NCBI GenBank assembly: GCA_041879355.1
Contig: CP089922.1
Location: forward strand, 3,155,081-3,219,080
From: Cyanobacteria bacterium LVE1205-1
GTDB lineage: Bacteria > Cyanobacteriota > Cyanobacteriia > CAIUCS01
Direction of reading: 5' to 3'
Length of the DNA stretch: 64,000 nucleotides
Positions 22,315 through 33,035 of this stretch are shown here, piece after piece; positions within the stretch are counted from its first letter, which is position 1, and each line of letters opens with the position of its first letter. Under the pieces are notes generated by a model that saw only the letters and a program-made list of their open reading frames with translations, was not told where the DNA came from and did no database searches. A program made the position numbers and the translations under genes.

Positions 22315-23430
22315 CTATACCAACCCCCAGCCATCCAGTAAATGACCAGCAATTTTATCTTCAGCAATCACCCGACCCTGACGGTCAAACAAAATGGTAC
22401 CGATGGTGAGTGGAACATTTCCATACTTTTGTACATAAGCTTCAGCCTTTTGGGAAATCGTGAGAGCCAATGCTTGAAATACCCTGTCAGCCCAGTCTAA
22501 TTCCACCAATCGTTGGTAGGCATCATCAGCAGTCTTGGCATCTAATACAGCCTTAACAACGGCAAGACTTCCCCCCAACTTAGCCACAGCAGCGCCAATA
22601 ATTTCCAACTTGGCATCTCCAAGATGGCTAGACGTATTAAAAATACCAGCTGCTAGTTTTACCAATTTTCCTTGGTATCCTATTAAAAGAACTTTTTTCA
22701 CCCCACCTACGCCTGCTTCTAGCAATAAAGCCCCAATCCAATTACCAGTTTGGATAATAGCGGTTTCTGGTAACCCCATTTTTTGGGCAACCCCCATCCC
22801 ATGACTGCCAATACAGAATACAAGCTGGGATTGAACCTTTTCCCCATAGGAGTTATGTAGTTTTATTTTGGATTGTAATATGCGCCGTAATTCCTCCAAA
22901 TGTTCCTCATTGGATAAAGGATAGGAGATACCACTTGTTCCCAGAAGTGATAACCCTTTGAGGATACCAAAGGCTTCGTTGGACGTTCGTTGGGCAAGTA
23001 GCCGACCCTCTGGCAGAATGATGGTAGCAATGATGGTTTGATCAGGAGGAATGAAGGATTGTAGATTTGCAGCAAACAATTGCCGGGCATATTGATAAAT
23101 TGCTGGTTCTCCGGTGATGGTTGTCCCAAGTCCATCCCCAGCTTGTACTATCAACGGCTCTACCTGACGAGGTCGTAGCTGAACCCAAGACCAGATGGGG
23201 GTGTTACGAGTCAGATCCAGGTTATCCCCCGGATCACTTATTGTAATTCCCACACTGCTGCCAGAATCCAGGCGGGCGACTTGTTGAATAGGAATAGTAG
23301 CTTCTCCGGGTAATAAATCCAGGGAGACGGTGGATATCACCGGATCCAGTGGATTACACTGGAGGTGGAGCAGAGCTGCCTTGGTTGCTGCAACTGCAAA
23401 TACGGGTAATGTGTAGCCGTTACGGGGCAT
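22315..23430 (-). CDS. cbiD: Cobalt-precorrin-5B C1-methyltransferase
   Basis: GYTLPVFA, SDPGDNLDLTRNT, RTSNEAFGI..GLSLLGTSG, GKLVKLAAGIFNT. Confidence 0.93.
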   Translation of the reverse strand: MPRNGYTLPVFAVAATKAALLHLQCNPLDPVISTVSLDLLPGEATIPIQQVARLDSGSSVGITISDPGDNLDLTRNTPIWSWVQLRPRQVEPLIVQAGDGLGTTITGEPAIYQYARQLFAANLQSFIPPDQTIIATIILPEGRLLAQRTSNEAFGILKGLSLLGTSGISYPLSNEEHLEELRRILQSKIKLHNSYGEKVQSQLVFCIGSHGMGVAQKMGLPETAIIQTGNWIGALLLEAGVGGVKKVLLIGYQGKLVKLAAGIFNTSSHLGDAKLEIIGAAVAKLGGSLAVVKAVLDAKTADDAYQRLVELDWADRVFQALALTISQKAEAYVQKYGNVPLTIGTILFDRQGRVIAEDKIAGHLLDGWGLV

Positions 23431-23568
23431 TGGGGTTCAATGTGAACGATGGAATTAGGAATCAGCTTCCTTTTCTATGGAGTATGGTTTTGTATAACCC
23501 AATATTCAATTAGGATGGCATGGTTACACTTTCCTGATTAAATTATTGTAACGTGGGGCGGGATTGAA

Positions 23569-24363
23569 TTGTTTTCTACAGGGGCGAAGGGTGAAAAGCG
23601 AATATTGATTCTGGGTGGAACCGGGGATGGGGTAGCATTGGCAACCCGTATTGCTGCAATTCCTGGGGTGACGGTCATTACCTCCCTAGCGGGTCGGGTG
23701 GTGGAATCTAAGATGCCAACTACCCACGGGCGGGTGGGGGGATTTGGTGGTGTGGCGGGGTTGGTCGATTATTTACAAGAACATCAGATTGATGGGTTGA
23801 TTGATGCTACCCATCCCTTTGCATGTCAGATTAAGTTTAATGGTGCTGCCGCAGCAAGGGAAGTGGGGATTCCCCACTTAATCTTGCTTCGCCCTTCTTG
23901 GAAGCCCCAAATTGAGGGGGAGGATGGAGTAACCGACCACTGGATTGAAGTCGATGGGTATGAAAAAGCCGTAGCCCTTTTGCCCCAACTTGCTCAACGG
24001 GTTTTTTTGACCATCGGAAGACAGTCTCTACCCACCTTTGCTTCCCTACAGAATCTATGGTTCCTGATGCGGATGATTGATCCACCCCCGCCCTATACCC
24101 CCATACCCATGGGAAAAGTAATTTTGGAACGGGGTCCCTTTTCCTTAGCCCATGAGCGATCGCTCCTCCAGGACTATAACATCGACGTGGTTGTCAGTAA
24201 AAACAGTGGGGGCGAAGCTACCTATGCCAAACTAATTGCTGCACGGGAGTTAGGGATTCCGGTGGTTATGATTCAACGTCCGCCGGTTCCTGTTGCTGAA
24301 ATAGTAACGGATGTGGAAAGTGCTGTAGGATGGCTTACAACCCTATTGGCTGGACTGGGTTGA
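23569..24363 (+). CDS. cbiJ: Cobalt-precorrin-6A reductase
   Basis: ILILGGT, GGFGG, IDATHPFA, RGPF, SKNSGG. Confidence 0.92.
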   Translation: MFSTGAKGEKRILILGGTGDGVALATRIAAIPGVTVITSLAGRVVESKMPTTHGRVGGFGGVAGLVDYLQEHQIDGLIDATHPFACQIKFNGAAAAREVGIPHLILLRPSWKPQIEGEDGVTDHWIEVDGYEKAVALLPQLAQRVFLTIGRQSLPTFASLQNLWFLMRMIDPPPPYTPIPMGKVILERGPFSLAHERSLLQDYNIDVVVSKNSGGEATYAKLIAARELGIPVVMIQRPPVPVAEIVTDVESAVGWLTTLLAGLG

Positions 24364-24386
24364 GAGCAGTCATCTATAGAAACATG

Positions 24387-24468
24387 GGTAGTCCTAAACT
24401 GGTAAGGATGGGGGGTGGGGCATTACCCCTACGACCCCCTCTTAAATCTTTCCCCTTTTACCACCACC
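24387..24468. repeat. ~82-bp miniature element, copy 1
   Basis: GGTAGTCCTAAAC..GTAAGGAT..GGGGC.TTACCCCT..CTCTTAAATCTTT.CC..TTACCACCACC; a related copy lies at 26567-26652. Confidence 0.8.
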
Positions 24469-24713
24469 GAAACATGAACTTTGACAAGAGAGAGGGAATT
24501 GGAGCATAAGGGTAACTTTAGAAAGGGGGGTTCCTCTATATTTATATCAAGAATTTAATGAGTCCTGGATAGTAGTGTTATCAACCATTTGAGAGCCATA
24601 GTTCAAGGGTAGATTTTCAGCTTCAGTTTTATCTTCATTGAATGGTGGGCTATAGGTGTCGTTATGATATGAACTACTGAAAGCATCTCTACTTTTAGAA
24701 AGGCTTAAATCAT

Positions 24714-25172
24714 CTAGATACAAACGTTCCCCCCTGAAGGAGACAATCGTTGTGTACTGTTTCCATGGCTACTTGGTTTACTATGATCTGAGGTACGGCG
24801 ACCGGATTTTGTTCGCTTGAAACTATGCCAAGCAGCCTTAAGCCCCGTAAACAGAGTTCGAGTGGTTACCTGTAGTTGATTGACCTGTTTTTTGGCACCC
24901 GTAAGGCTTCGATCAACTTGTTTCACCACTTCACCCGCACTTTTAACTCCATCAGTCATATCTTCTGTAAGTTCAATAATTTCCTGACCAGCATTACGAA
25001 TTGCTTCCAAGGTAGGAGGGAGTTCCTTTGCCAAGGTTTCAAATAATTTTTCTGCGTTTCGAGACATCCGTGTTAGTTGCTGCATGGTAGGAATGGCAAC
25101 AATTAACATCACTGTCAGGCTAATTGCGACCAAGAAAAATGAAAGTCCTAACCAAAATATGGGATCAAGCAC
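24714..25172 (-). CDS. DUF948-like membrane-anchored protein
   Basis: DPIFWLGLS..ELPPTLEAIR; paired with the YtxH-like gene. Confidence 0.75.
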   Translation of the reverse strand: MLDPIFWLGLSFFLVAISLTVMLIVAIPTMQQLTRMSRNAEKLFETLAKELPPTLEAIRNAGQEIIELTEDMTDGVKSAGEVVKQVDRSLTGAKKQVNQLQVTTRTLFTGLKAAWHSFKRTKSGRRTSDHSKPSSHGNSTQRLSPSGGNVCI

Positions 25173-25218
25173 AGGGAATTTTAAGGTAGGGAATGTGACA
25201 GTGACTAGATGAATGGTT

Positions 25219-25575
25219 TCAAGATGGGGGTGGGGTGACAGACCGAGAATTTACAAGTTGGGTTGGATTTTCCTCCGGGACAATTGAGTCAAAATATTCA
25301 TCTCGACTGGCTTCCATACCAGCAGCAATTGCATCCTTAAGGCGGTCTAAAGTATTCTCCCAACTGCGTTGAGCAGATTCCGACAGGCGATCGGCTTGGA
25401 GCTGAATTGTTGTTGATAAATCTTCTGCCAACTCTGGCAATGCATTGGCGGACTTTCTCAGAAATTGACGGGTCTCCCGTCCGGTACGGGGTGCAATTAA
25501 TATGCCTGCCACTGTACCCATCAATGCTCCGACTAAAAAGCCGCCGATAAAAGAACCGGTTTGATTATTGGACAT
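25219..25575 (-). CDS. YtxH domain protein
   Basis: FIGGFLVGA..GILIAPRTGRETR. Confidence 0.85.
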   Translation of the reverse strand: MSNNQTGSFIGGFLVGALMGTVAGILIAPRTGRETRQFLRKSANALPELAEDLSTTIQLQADRLSESAQRSWENTLDRLKDAIAAGMEASRDEYFDSIVPEENPTQLVNSRSVTPPPS

Positions 25576-25843
25576 GGCTAAGCTGTTCCTAGAGATGTGA
25601 TCGTATAGTACCCGACTCTTTGCTAGGCAATAGAGATGACACCTCAAATTCCCATATTCTCCTTTTTAAGTGGAATGGGAACGTTCCTTCGGTGGAGAGT
25701 TAAATTGTCTACCAAAATATACCTTCTGTTTCAATAAAAAAACAAAAGAATAGAATGAAATTATATCACTCCTTAATCATACACGGGATCTTTCAGGTTG
25801 AATACAACCCTAACAAAAGTCAATAATTAAAAGTCAATAATTC

Positions 25844-26362
25844 TTGCCGAAAAATTGGGTCTAAAGCTCCGCCATTTTGGGGCGGCTTTTTATTTGGCTT
25901 TATTATGCCGTTTTATCTGTATCTAATTTAGATAAACAATTCTATCCCTGATTGACTGACAAAACTTCTCAGCCAAAACCCCGAAAGCCCTCACCCTAGA
26001 CCTCTCCCGATGGGAGAGGGAACCAGAGGGGTGGATCGGCTCCCCTCGCCCCCTGGGTGAGGGGTTGGGGGTGAGGGCGTACAACTATTGTCAGTCAACC
26101 AGATCCTATCCTGTAGAAATGATAGATAGAGAAGCCAAGTTAAAACACAGAACAGCAAAGCAATATTCCGCCATTGATGAAGCCATCAGAACGGCACAGT
26201 TCATCAGGAACAAAGCTGTTCGTTAGTTGAATGATCAGAAAGATTGGACGATTAAGCAAGCCCAAAACGTAGTGATATGACGATATCCTGGTGTATGAAG
26301 ATTTAAGGATTGCTAACATGGTCAAAAATCATCCCTTGGCTAAGTCGATATCCGAAGTTTGA
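25844..26362 (+). mobile_element. tnpB: Degenerate IS605-family element: left-end-like hairpin plus internally deleted tnpB, interrupted by a MITE
   Basis: Hairpin GGGTCTAAAGCTCCGCCATTTTGGGGCGGCTTT at ~25857-25890. From 26119: EAKLK..QYSAIDEAIRTAQFIRNK fused to KDWTIKQAQNVV / LVYEDLRIANMVKNHPLAKSIS (RuvC-II region), with stops and a frameshift. Confidence 0.8.
25948..26102. mobile_element. 155-bp MITE, copy 1
   Basis: TIRs CTGATTGACTGACAA / TTGTCAGTCAACCAG; flanks ATTCTATCC / ATCCTATCC (9-bp TSD, 1 mismatch); inverted copy at 54295-54450. Confidence 0.92.
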
Positions 26363-26566
26363 TTAAATTTGAAAACCGGAGAACACCCAATCAATTACCA
26401 TTAGACCTAGTTGACTGACAAAACTGAGTCAGAGGCATACTGGTACGTGTATATCTTCAGCTTAATCCCGTGAGTACTGACAAAAATAGGCTCTACCATC
26501 CGTTATGCTTAAATTTGTAGCGATTACCCTGTTTATTTCCCCATAGGACTAACCTTTCCAGTAATT

Positions 26567-26652
26567 GGTAGTCCTAAACAAGTAAGGATAGGAATTGGTT
26601 GGGGGCGTTACCCCTTCCACTTCTCTTAAATCTTTACCTTGTTACCACCACC
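26567..26652. repeat. ~86-bp miniature element, copy 2
   Basis: Same ends and core as 24387-24468. Confidence 0.8.
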
Positions 26653-26678
26653 CAGTCATTTAATGGGTTCAACTACCG

Positions 26679-27838
26679 ATGGAAAAAAATAAAGACCTTC
26701 GTCTATCCAGTTATGATTACGAATTACCTCCTTCATTAATTGCTCAGAATCCGGTTAACCCCAGAGAATCATTCCCGTTTGTTAGTGGTTCATTCAACCA
26801 AAGACCATGACCATCGATTCTTTTATGACTTACCCAACCTTTTGAAACCAGGAGATCTCCTGGTTATAAATAACACTAAGGTGATTCCAGCAAGGCTCTA
26901 CGGACAAAAACTGGATCCTCTGTCAACAAGCCTTTCCCAGTCAACCCCACCCCACCTTTCTTTCACCCAGGGGGGGTGTGGAAGTATTGTTACTGGAACA
27001 ACAAACCCATAACCGTTGGTTAGCATTAGTAAAGCCAGGTAAACGGCTTAAACCGGGAGTGAAAATTGTTTTTAATCGGGTTGGGATTGGTGCCAATGAA
27101 TCAGATTATTTGACCGCTACAGTCATTGATTACGACTTACCCACAGGAGGACGGGTAATTGAGTTCCATCTGCCCCCTAATGAAACCTTAATGGGTTGGC
27201 TGTCTACCATTGGACAAATTCCACTGCCGCCCTATATTACCCAAAGCCAGGCAACTTCGGACCAATATCAAACAGTCTATGCGTCTCAACTCGGAGCAGT
27301 TGCAGCTCCTACGGCAGGGTTACACTTTACTCCAGAGTTATTAAAACGATTGGATAGGGCAGGAATTACAAAAGCTGAAATTACTTTACATGTGGGAGTA
27401 GGAACTTTTCGTCCCGTGGAAGTGGAAGATGTTACTGAACATGTTATGCATGCTGAATGGATTGAAGTATTACCTGCGGTAGTTGCACAAATAAAACGCA
27501 CAAAAGCCCAAGGAGGAAGGATTATTGCCGTGGGAACAACGGTAGTGCAATCCCTGGAAGCAGCTTATGACCCAATCCATGGGGAGATTTCCCCTTTTTG
27601 TGGCAAAACTGATTTGTTTATGTATCCTGGCTACCCATGGCAGGTGGTTGATGGATTAATTACCAATTTCCATTTACCTAAATCTTCCCTGCTCATGTTA
27701 GTGAGTTCTCTCATCGGGCGGCAACGATTGTTAGCTCTTTATCAAGAAGCCATCCTTCATGAATATCGATTTTATTCATTCGGGGATGCAATGCTGATTC
27801 TACCTTCAGCTAGCATTCAGTCGCAAATAGCTCAATAG
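26679..27838 (+). CDS. queA: SAM:tRNA ribosyltransferase-isomerase (apparent frameshifts ~26760 and ~26970-26977)
   Basis: [68 protein letters not shown]. Confidence 0.95.
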
Positions 27839-28183
27839 CCAGTTGGCGATGGTAGCACGACGGGTGAGGCGGGGATTTAACTGACTGATTTTATAGCCCT
27901 TAAACCCTAGCTCTTGTTTTAAGAGTTGCTTATGTTCAGCGGCAATGGAACGGTTTAACTGAACGATGGCAGCCCGGTTGTTAATAAAATCTGGCGGTTC
28001 CGGGTAGTTTTCATGCCATGGTGGAGGCACTTCATCACAAGTCCAACGGTTTTCAGCACAATTAAATTGATAACCCAGGCAATGCCAAATTATCTGCAAT
28101 AAAATTTCATCAGGGATTTCATCCCGGAGGATAGCCTCTAACGTTTCAATGGTTAAGGGATAAGCTAAATTCATAAAACCCAT
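27806..28183 (-). CDS. DUF1823 family cyanobacterial protein
   Basis: [41 protein letters not shown]. Confidence 0.75.
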   Translation of the reverse strand: MGFMNLAYPLTIETLEAILRDEIPDEILLQIIWHCLGYQFNCAENRWTCDEVPPPWHENYPEPPDFINNRAAIVQLNRSIAAEHKQLLKQELGFKGYKISQLNPRLTRRATIANWLLSYLRLNAS

Positions 28184-28360
28184 GGAATATTTGGTTAACG
28201 TCAGTTCGGGATAAATTCAGCGACGGCATCATCGAAATCATCGCCATCGCCACCTCCACCTCATCCTCATCTTATAGGGAGCATGCGATACACCCTCTTG
28301 ATGTACAACCTGTTCCAACGAATGGGGGGCATCACCCATTAAACCCTAAAAAGTCAAACC

Positions 28361-28720
28361 CTACTTTCCCTTCATGAGGATGAAGAGTATGGGTAATTTG
28401 TGTCTTTGCGGGGTGAAGGGTAAGACCATTTTGGCTAACCAATCGATACTCGTTTGCTGACACTTTTCAATCATCTCTCGGTCTTCATGTTCTACCACAA
28501 AATCATCCGCATATCGCACTAGGGCTGGACATTTTCTTTGCAGACTGTGTTTTGTGATAATCATTTCTAAACCATGTAAGGCGGTCTTGGGGGTTCCTTC
28601 GTTACTGGGGAACCATTGCCCATCATCAAATACCCCGGATTTCAACCAACTTTTTATCGTTCGGTTTAGGCTTGGAAAGATATTGATTTTATTGAACAAT
28701 ACCTCATGATTGATGCGGTC
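28361..28720 (-). pseudogene. Group II intron-type reverse transcriptase fragment
   Basis: DRINHEVL..IKSWLKSGV..EGTP (the usual QGG..SPLLAN is deleted) ALHGLE..LVRYADDFVV; no N-terminus, maturase domain or intron DV/DVI seen. Confidence 0.82.
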
Positions 28721-28736
28721 TCCCCTGGCTACCCGA

Positions 28737-29111
28737 TTAAACCTCAAATTCGATGATAGTAGCAACGGAAGTCATAACTTCGAGCATGGTAATTTCAGAA
28801 ACACTTCCTAACTTACGAATAAACCTTTATAAATCCATCCCTCTTAGTTGGAGGGTATCAATTGCAGAAGCTTTATTCAATCCATTTATACTGTTGGGTT
28901 CAATTTTAACATACCAGAAATTTGATGAAAAATATATTTTCCAGTCTGTACTAGGAGCAATAAGCTTGATAGGAAGCTTTCCTACTGAATCCGAACTGAT
29001 GACGACGGCAGGACGGACTTTTTTGATTTCTGCACCAACAGTAGGATCAAAGTTGACTAACCAAATTTCTCCACGTTTTGGCAGATCAGGGTTAATAGTC
29101 AATGATGTCAT
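28737..29111 (-). pseudogene. mazF: PemK/MazF family toxin with an in-frame nonsense codon (TAA 28827-28829)
   Basis: KRGEIWLVNFDPTVGAEIKKVRPAVVIS..NGLNKAS..QLRGMDL*RFIRKLGSVS..IIEFEV*. Confidence 0.85.
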
Positions 29112-29394
29112 CCGCCATTAACTCCTGCCATTCATACTCTTGTTGATAGTGAGAGAGCATCATGTCAGCTTGACTTTCGAGAATATTCCTACGTTCAGTC
29201 ATTGGTAACTTCAGAAAAGCAAGGCACTGTTTTAGGGATGGAGAGATATCTTCGGTGGTAGAAGAATGAGAACTCACTTCTTGAACCAAAATAACTACCT
29301 CAACAGTTTGTCCTACAGTCAAATCTGGAGATTCAATTTCAATTCTATTTCCTGGTAAGACTTTTGCTGTCGTGTACAAGGTTGATTTGACCAT
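29092..29394 (-). CDS. Putative antitoxin of the MazF-type toxin
   Basis: 100-aa ORF overlapping the toxin start; VLPGNRIEI..GQTVEVVIL and an acidic C-terminus. Confidence 0.65.
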   Translation of the reverse strand: MVKSTLYTTAKVLPGNRIEIESPDLTVGQTVEVVILVQEVSSHSSTTEDISPSLKQCLAFLKLPMTERRNILESQADMMLSHYQQEYEWQELMADDIIDY

Positions 29395-29479
29395 TTTAAG
29401 CCCTCTCTCCAGTATTGTTTTTAGACCTTGCTTTGGTGGTAATCTGACTACTTGCCTGCCACTTTCAGCTTGTCTTTTT

Positions 29480-29746
29480 TCTCAATCCACAAACATCGCA
29501 TCCAAATCGTAGTTAAAGGATTTAGCGTGTTCTTCCCGAAATTTATGAATTTCGAGATTTGGTTTAGCATTTTGGTGCGTAAGTTATTGCGACGCTCAAG
29601 CTTCATCAGTAAAACTCAGCTCAAAGCCCGGATCCTGGAATTTATCAATTATTTCAACCGCACGATGGCGAAGCCTTTCCAGTGGACTTATAAGGGCAAG
29701 CCCTTGACCGCTTAGATGGTAACCCTACTTAAGCCATCGACTACTA
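29480..29746 (+). mobile_element. IS630-family transposase C-terminal fragment and right end
   Basis: HRIQIV..EIWFSILVRKLLRRSSF.S..L..RILEFI.YFNRTMAKPFQWTYKGK*; ends ..GACTACTA, consistent with a TA target. Confidence 0.82.
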
Positions 29747-30037
29747 GGTAGGGGGTGAACGGCATATATCGGCTCCGACTCAAAATCAAACTCTGAGTCC
29801 TATCATGCTTCTCCATCGACATGGGCTGAAATCTTCTTTAGCGGAATCTATTGAATAAAGCGATCGCCCTATTTCCCTGCTGTACAAATAGCGGAAGAGC
29901 CAGCCTGCTTTCGCCTTCAAGACAATCAGACCTGGTCAAGCCCCAACATCGAGCCGTTAACTGGAAGTTGTTTTAACCAATTAATTGCTTTCAAAATCAG
30001 ACTCATCTTAATTTCATCGGTCTGGACGTTGTAGTGG

Positions 30038-30160
30038 CTAATGGGCAGACCCGTTGCCATGATAATTATCTGAATCATAAAATCCATTTCGGGTTCCAAA
30101 AAATAAGGTGGCAATCACAAAGGCGACTGTTAGTCCAACGAGTATTAGTTTAACTTCCAT
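30038..30160 (-). CDS. ndhP: NDH-1 subunit NdhP (40 aa; absent from the ORF track)
   Basis: MEVKLILVGLTVAFVIATLFFGTRNGFYDSDNYHGNGSAH*; AGGAG RBS upstream. Confidence 0.93.
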   Translation of the reverse strand: MEVKLILVGLTVAFVIATLFFGTRNGFYDSDNYHGNGSAH

Positions 30161-30279
30161 TTTACTTCTCCTAAAATTTAGGCTACTTAACTATGGCAGA
30201 TTTATTCCTAATTGGGGTTAATGTTTTACAAAATCCTTAACCTTTGGGTGATGACCATTAATAGTTTACTAAAACTGTC

Positions 30280-30678
30280 CTAGAAGGACGGGGTTTTAGA
30301 CCCATTCTTCTGATAATCAGGAAGACCAAAATGACGAAGAATTATGTTCATATTTTTAATATTGGCTTGCCAGAAAAAATCGAACCAGTCGCCAACAAAG
30401 GGAATTGATCCAACAGTGGTATCGATTACAAGATTAGAAATCATGATGAGTATTTTCTGGTTAGGAACCCCCAAGGCTCTAGCTCTCCATAAAATATAAA
30501 CGGAGGGGAGTAGGGTAAATAAATCCCCTAGTCCAGGTAGTAAGCCTGCAATTGCATCAATCCCTACAAATTTGTTCATCATGGGTATTTTGAACAAACC
30601 GTCCAGTAATTTCACAAGGAAGTAAACGTCTTGGAGTTGTTTTACAAGAATTGGGTTTTGTAAGTGTTGATTGGGCAT
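30280..30678 (-). CDS. DUF4112 family protein
   Basis: LLD..F.IP..GIDAIAGLLPGLGD..GSIPFVGDWFD..AN.KN. Confidence 0.85.
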   Translation of the reverse strand: MPNQHLQNPILVKQLQDVYFLVKLLDGLFKIPMMNKFVGIDAIAGLLPGLGDLFTLLPSVYILWRARALGVPNQKILIMISNLVIDTTVGSIPFVGDWFDFFWQANIKNMNIILRHFGLPDYQKNGSKTPSF

Positions 30679-30711
30679 CAGAGGTAAATTATGGTTTTAA
30701 CTCTCCCTAAA

Positions 30712-31722
30712 TTACCCCATTAATCCGGATATAGTACTGAAAAACGTCTGAAGATGTTCCCTTAAAAACTGTTCCCCTCCATGGGTTATGGGGAGGCTAT
30801 CAACCCCCATCCCTGCACACAGTAAAATCATGTAAAGAATAGAGTACTTAAAGAGTGACCGGGCTAGGGACAAATCAGAGGGATCCCGTCGAAGCTTCCA
30901 GGATTTATGAACAAAAACACCCCCTAACCCTAGGGCGATCGCAGTATATAACGCCCCCATGACATGAAAGGGATACACTAACAGTAAGGTGATGGGAATG
31001 AGTAACAGGGTATAAAACCAAATTTGTAACGCCGTCAACTTCTCTCCAGCAACTACTGGCAACATGGGGACTCCTACCTTAGCATAATCATCCCGAATCA
31101 TCATGGCTAAAGCCCAAAAATGGGGAGGAGTCCAAAAGAATACAATTGCAAAAAGCACCCATGCGGGCCAATCCAGTTGTCCAGTTACCGCTGCCCAGCC
31201 AACTAAAGGAGGAATTGCCCCGGCGACCCCACCAATAACTATATTTTGGGTATGATGACGTTTCAACCAATGGGTGTAAATACAAACGTAACAAGCAATT
31301 CCCGACTGTGCCAATAGGGCACTGAGAAGATTAGCAAAGGAAGTTAATAAACTAAAAGAAAGGAGAGCAAGTACGACGGCGAAAATGACTGCATCCCTAG
31401 GTTGTATCCGTCCCGAAGGTAAAGGACGATGACGGGTTCGCTCCATAATATAGTCAATATCTCGGTCGTAAATACAATTAATGGTATTTGCCGAAGCTGC
31501 GGCCATCGCCCCACCCAATAGGGTAATTAATAATAAACGAACATCAACTTGCCCCTTGCTAGCAACCCACATCCCCCCAGCAGTAGTTATGAGCAAAAGT
31601 AGAATAATTCGAGGTTTGGTTAATTGGTAATAACTTTGAAAAAGCTGCCACAGGTTTTCATGGTGGCGAGTAACAGAAGAAGTGAGTTGAGTCATAGGAC
31701 TGGAAATAGGATAAATGGTCAA
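30712..31722 (-). CDS. ctaB: Heme o synthase (protoheme IX farnesyltransferase)
   Basis: [53 protein letters not shown]. Confidence 0.95.
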   Translation of the reverse strand: MTIYPISSPMTQLTSSVTRHHENLWQLFQSYYQLTKPRIILLLLITTAGGMWVASKGQVDVRLLLITLLGGAMAAASANTINCIYDRDIDYIMERTRHRPLPSGRIQPRDAVIFAVVLALLSFSLLTSFANLLSALLAQSGIACYVCIYTHWLKRHHTQNIVIGGVAGAIPPLVGWAAVTGQLDWPAWVLFAIVFFWTPPHFWALAMMIRDDYAKVGVPMLPVVAGEKLTALQIWFYTLLLIPITLLLVYPFHVMGALYTAIALGLGGVFVHKSWKLRRDPSDLSLARSLFKYSILYMILLCAGMGVDSLPITHGGEQFLREHLQTFFSTISGLMG

Positions 31723-31760
31723 CGAAAGTAATGAAGAATCCGTAGCCTAACAAGTCCAAG

Positions 31761-32714
31761 TCACGGTAATGGGTTAAATTGGTGACGATCGCGAAACGAT
31801 AAGACTGTCAGCCCAACCAAGGCACCGAGTAGGGCAGCCCCGATAGCTTGGTGGGCAACGGTTAGGGGAGCTATTTGGAGATGCAGTCGAAACGTTGCCA
31901 CTCCTAAACCAATCTGCAAAAGGAGTAAAAAGCCAGCGCCGTGGGCAATTTTTCGTAGCACTGGATTCAGAGCCGGTGTCCTCATGGCAACTACAACAGT
32001 AACCAAGGTTCCCAAACTGGCGGGAACGACCCCGATCAAATGACTATTAAGGATGGCACAAAGTTGGGAAGCATTTAGGCATTGATGGACTGCCCATCGG
32101 GATGCGAGTAAGCCCCCTAGTAAACTTTGACCGTAAACTAAGCCAACAGCAGCCACTCCCAACCATGGCAATTGTTGGACAGTACCTGTGGCACGATAGG
32201 GCAAAAGGAGTAAACCCAATGTGAGGAGGGTGGAAAAAAATAATAATCCTGTTCCCAGATGAGCGGTAACAATATCAAACCTTAACATCTGGGTTACGGT
32301 TAATCCGCCCAAAATACCTTGCAAGATAACTAGGAGTAAAGCCAGGGAAATCGACCGAGGAAACCAAGAAGGGAGATGATGGCGCTGCCACCAAGACAGG
32401 GAGACAGCGGCGATCATTGCCAAGCCAATACCAGTGGCAATCAACCGATGGAACCATTCCAGAAACACTTGTAGGTTCATTTGTTTTTCCGGAACGAATT
32501 GACCAAAACAGAGTGGCCAATCAGGACAGGCTAAACCGGCTTCCATAACTCTGGTGGCACTTCCAAGTGCCATTAAAAATAAGGTGGCAGTTGCTAAAGT
32601 TAGTACCAAGTAGATCATCCATTGCCGCACTCGCACGGTACCGTCGGAATGGTCAACGATGATTGCTGGAATGTGGGCTTTTTGTGCAATAAAATCCACC
32701 ATAAATCGTCTCAA
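31761..32714 (-). CDS. ctaA: Heme A synthase (COX15/CtaA)
   Basis: GLACPDWPLC, LEWFHR, Q..LGGLTV, VTAH. Confidence 0.92.
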   Translation of the reverse strand: MRRFMVDFIAQKAHIPAIIVDHSDGTVRVRQWMIYLVLTLATATLFLMALGSATRVMEAGLACPDWPLCFGQFVPEKQMNLQVFLEWFHRLIATGIGLAMIAAVSLSWWQRHHLPSWFPRSISLALLLVILQGILGGLTVTQMLRFDIVTAHLGTGLLFFSTLLTLGLLLLPYRATGTVQQLPWLGVAAVGLVYGQSLLGGLLASRWAVHQCLNASQLCAILNSHLIGVVPASLGTLVTVVVAMRTPALNPVLRKIAHGAGFLLLLQIGLGVATFRLHLQIAPLTVAHQAIGAALLGALVGLTVLSFRDRHQFNPLP

Positions 32715-33035
32715 CCCGAAATGAATTCAAAAAAATTTATATTCATAGAGTGATCACTCTTATGATTATTACTTTGTTTAATCTAAAAAAGACCTTTCGT
32801 GGATACTATTTAGACTCTCTTAAGAAATGAAGAAAGGATTGTCTCAATTTTATCGGTTATCTTCTCCCGTAAAAGGGGCTGGTAGGATGTCGGTTTGCCA
32901 CCCCAAGTTTAATTGATGCAAACGCCAATGAGGGTGGATGCAAGACTGGGAAAGCAAGGTTAAATTCTTTTCAATTGATGTCAGAAGGGTAAACTATAAT
33001 AAAATAACTTTTTTTATTTTATCGGTTCAGAACCC

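Noticed and set aside
28361-28720. RT as part of a DGR or retron, paired with the FGE kinase or the TA pair
   Set aside because: Motifs look group II intron-like (WLKSGV, YADD), the gene is truncated and internally deleted, and no avd, template repeat or msr/msd was found.
29926-30114. 62-aa ORF in the track
   Set aside because: It overlaps ndhP in another frame and has no recognisable motif.
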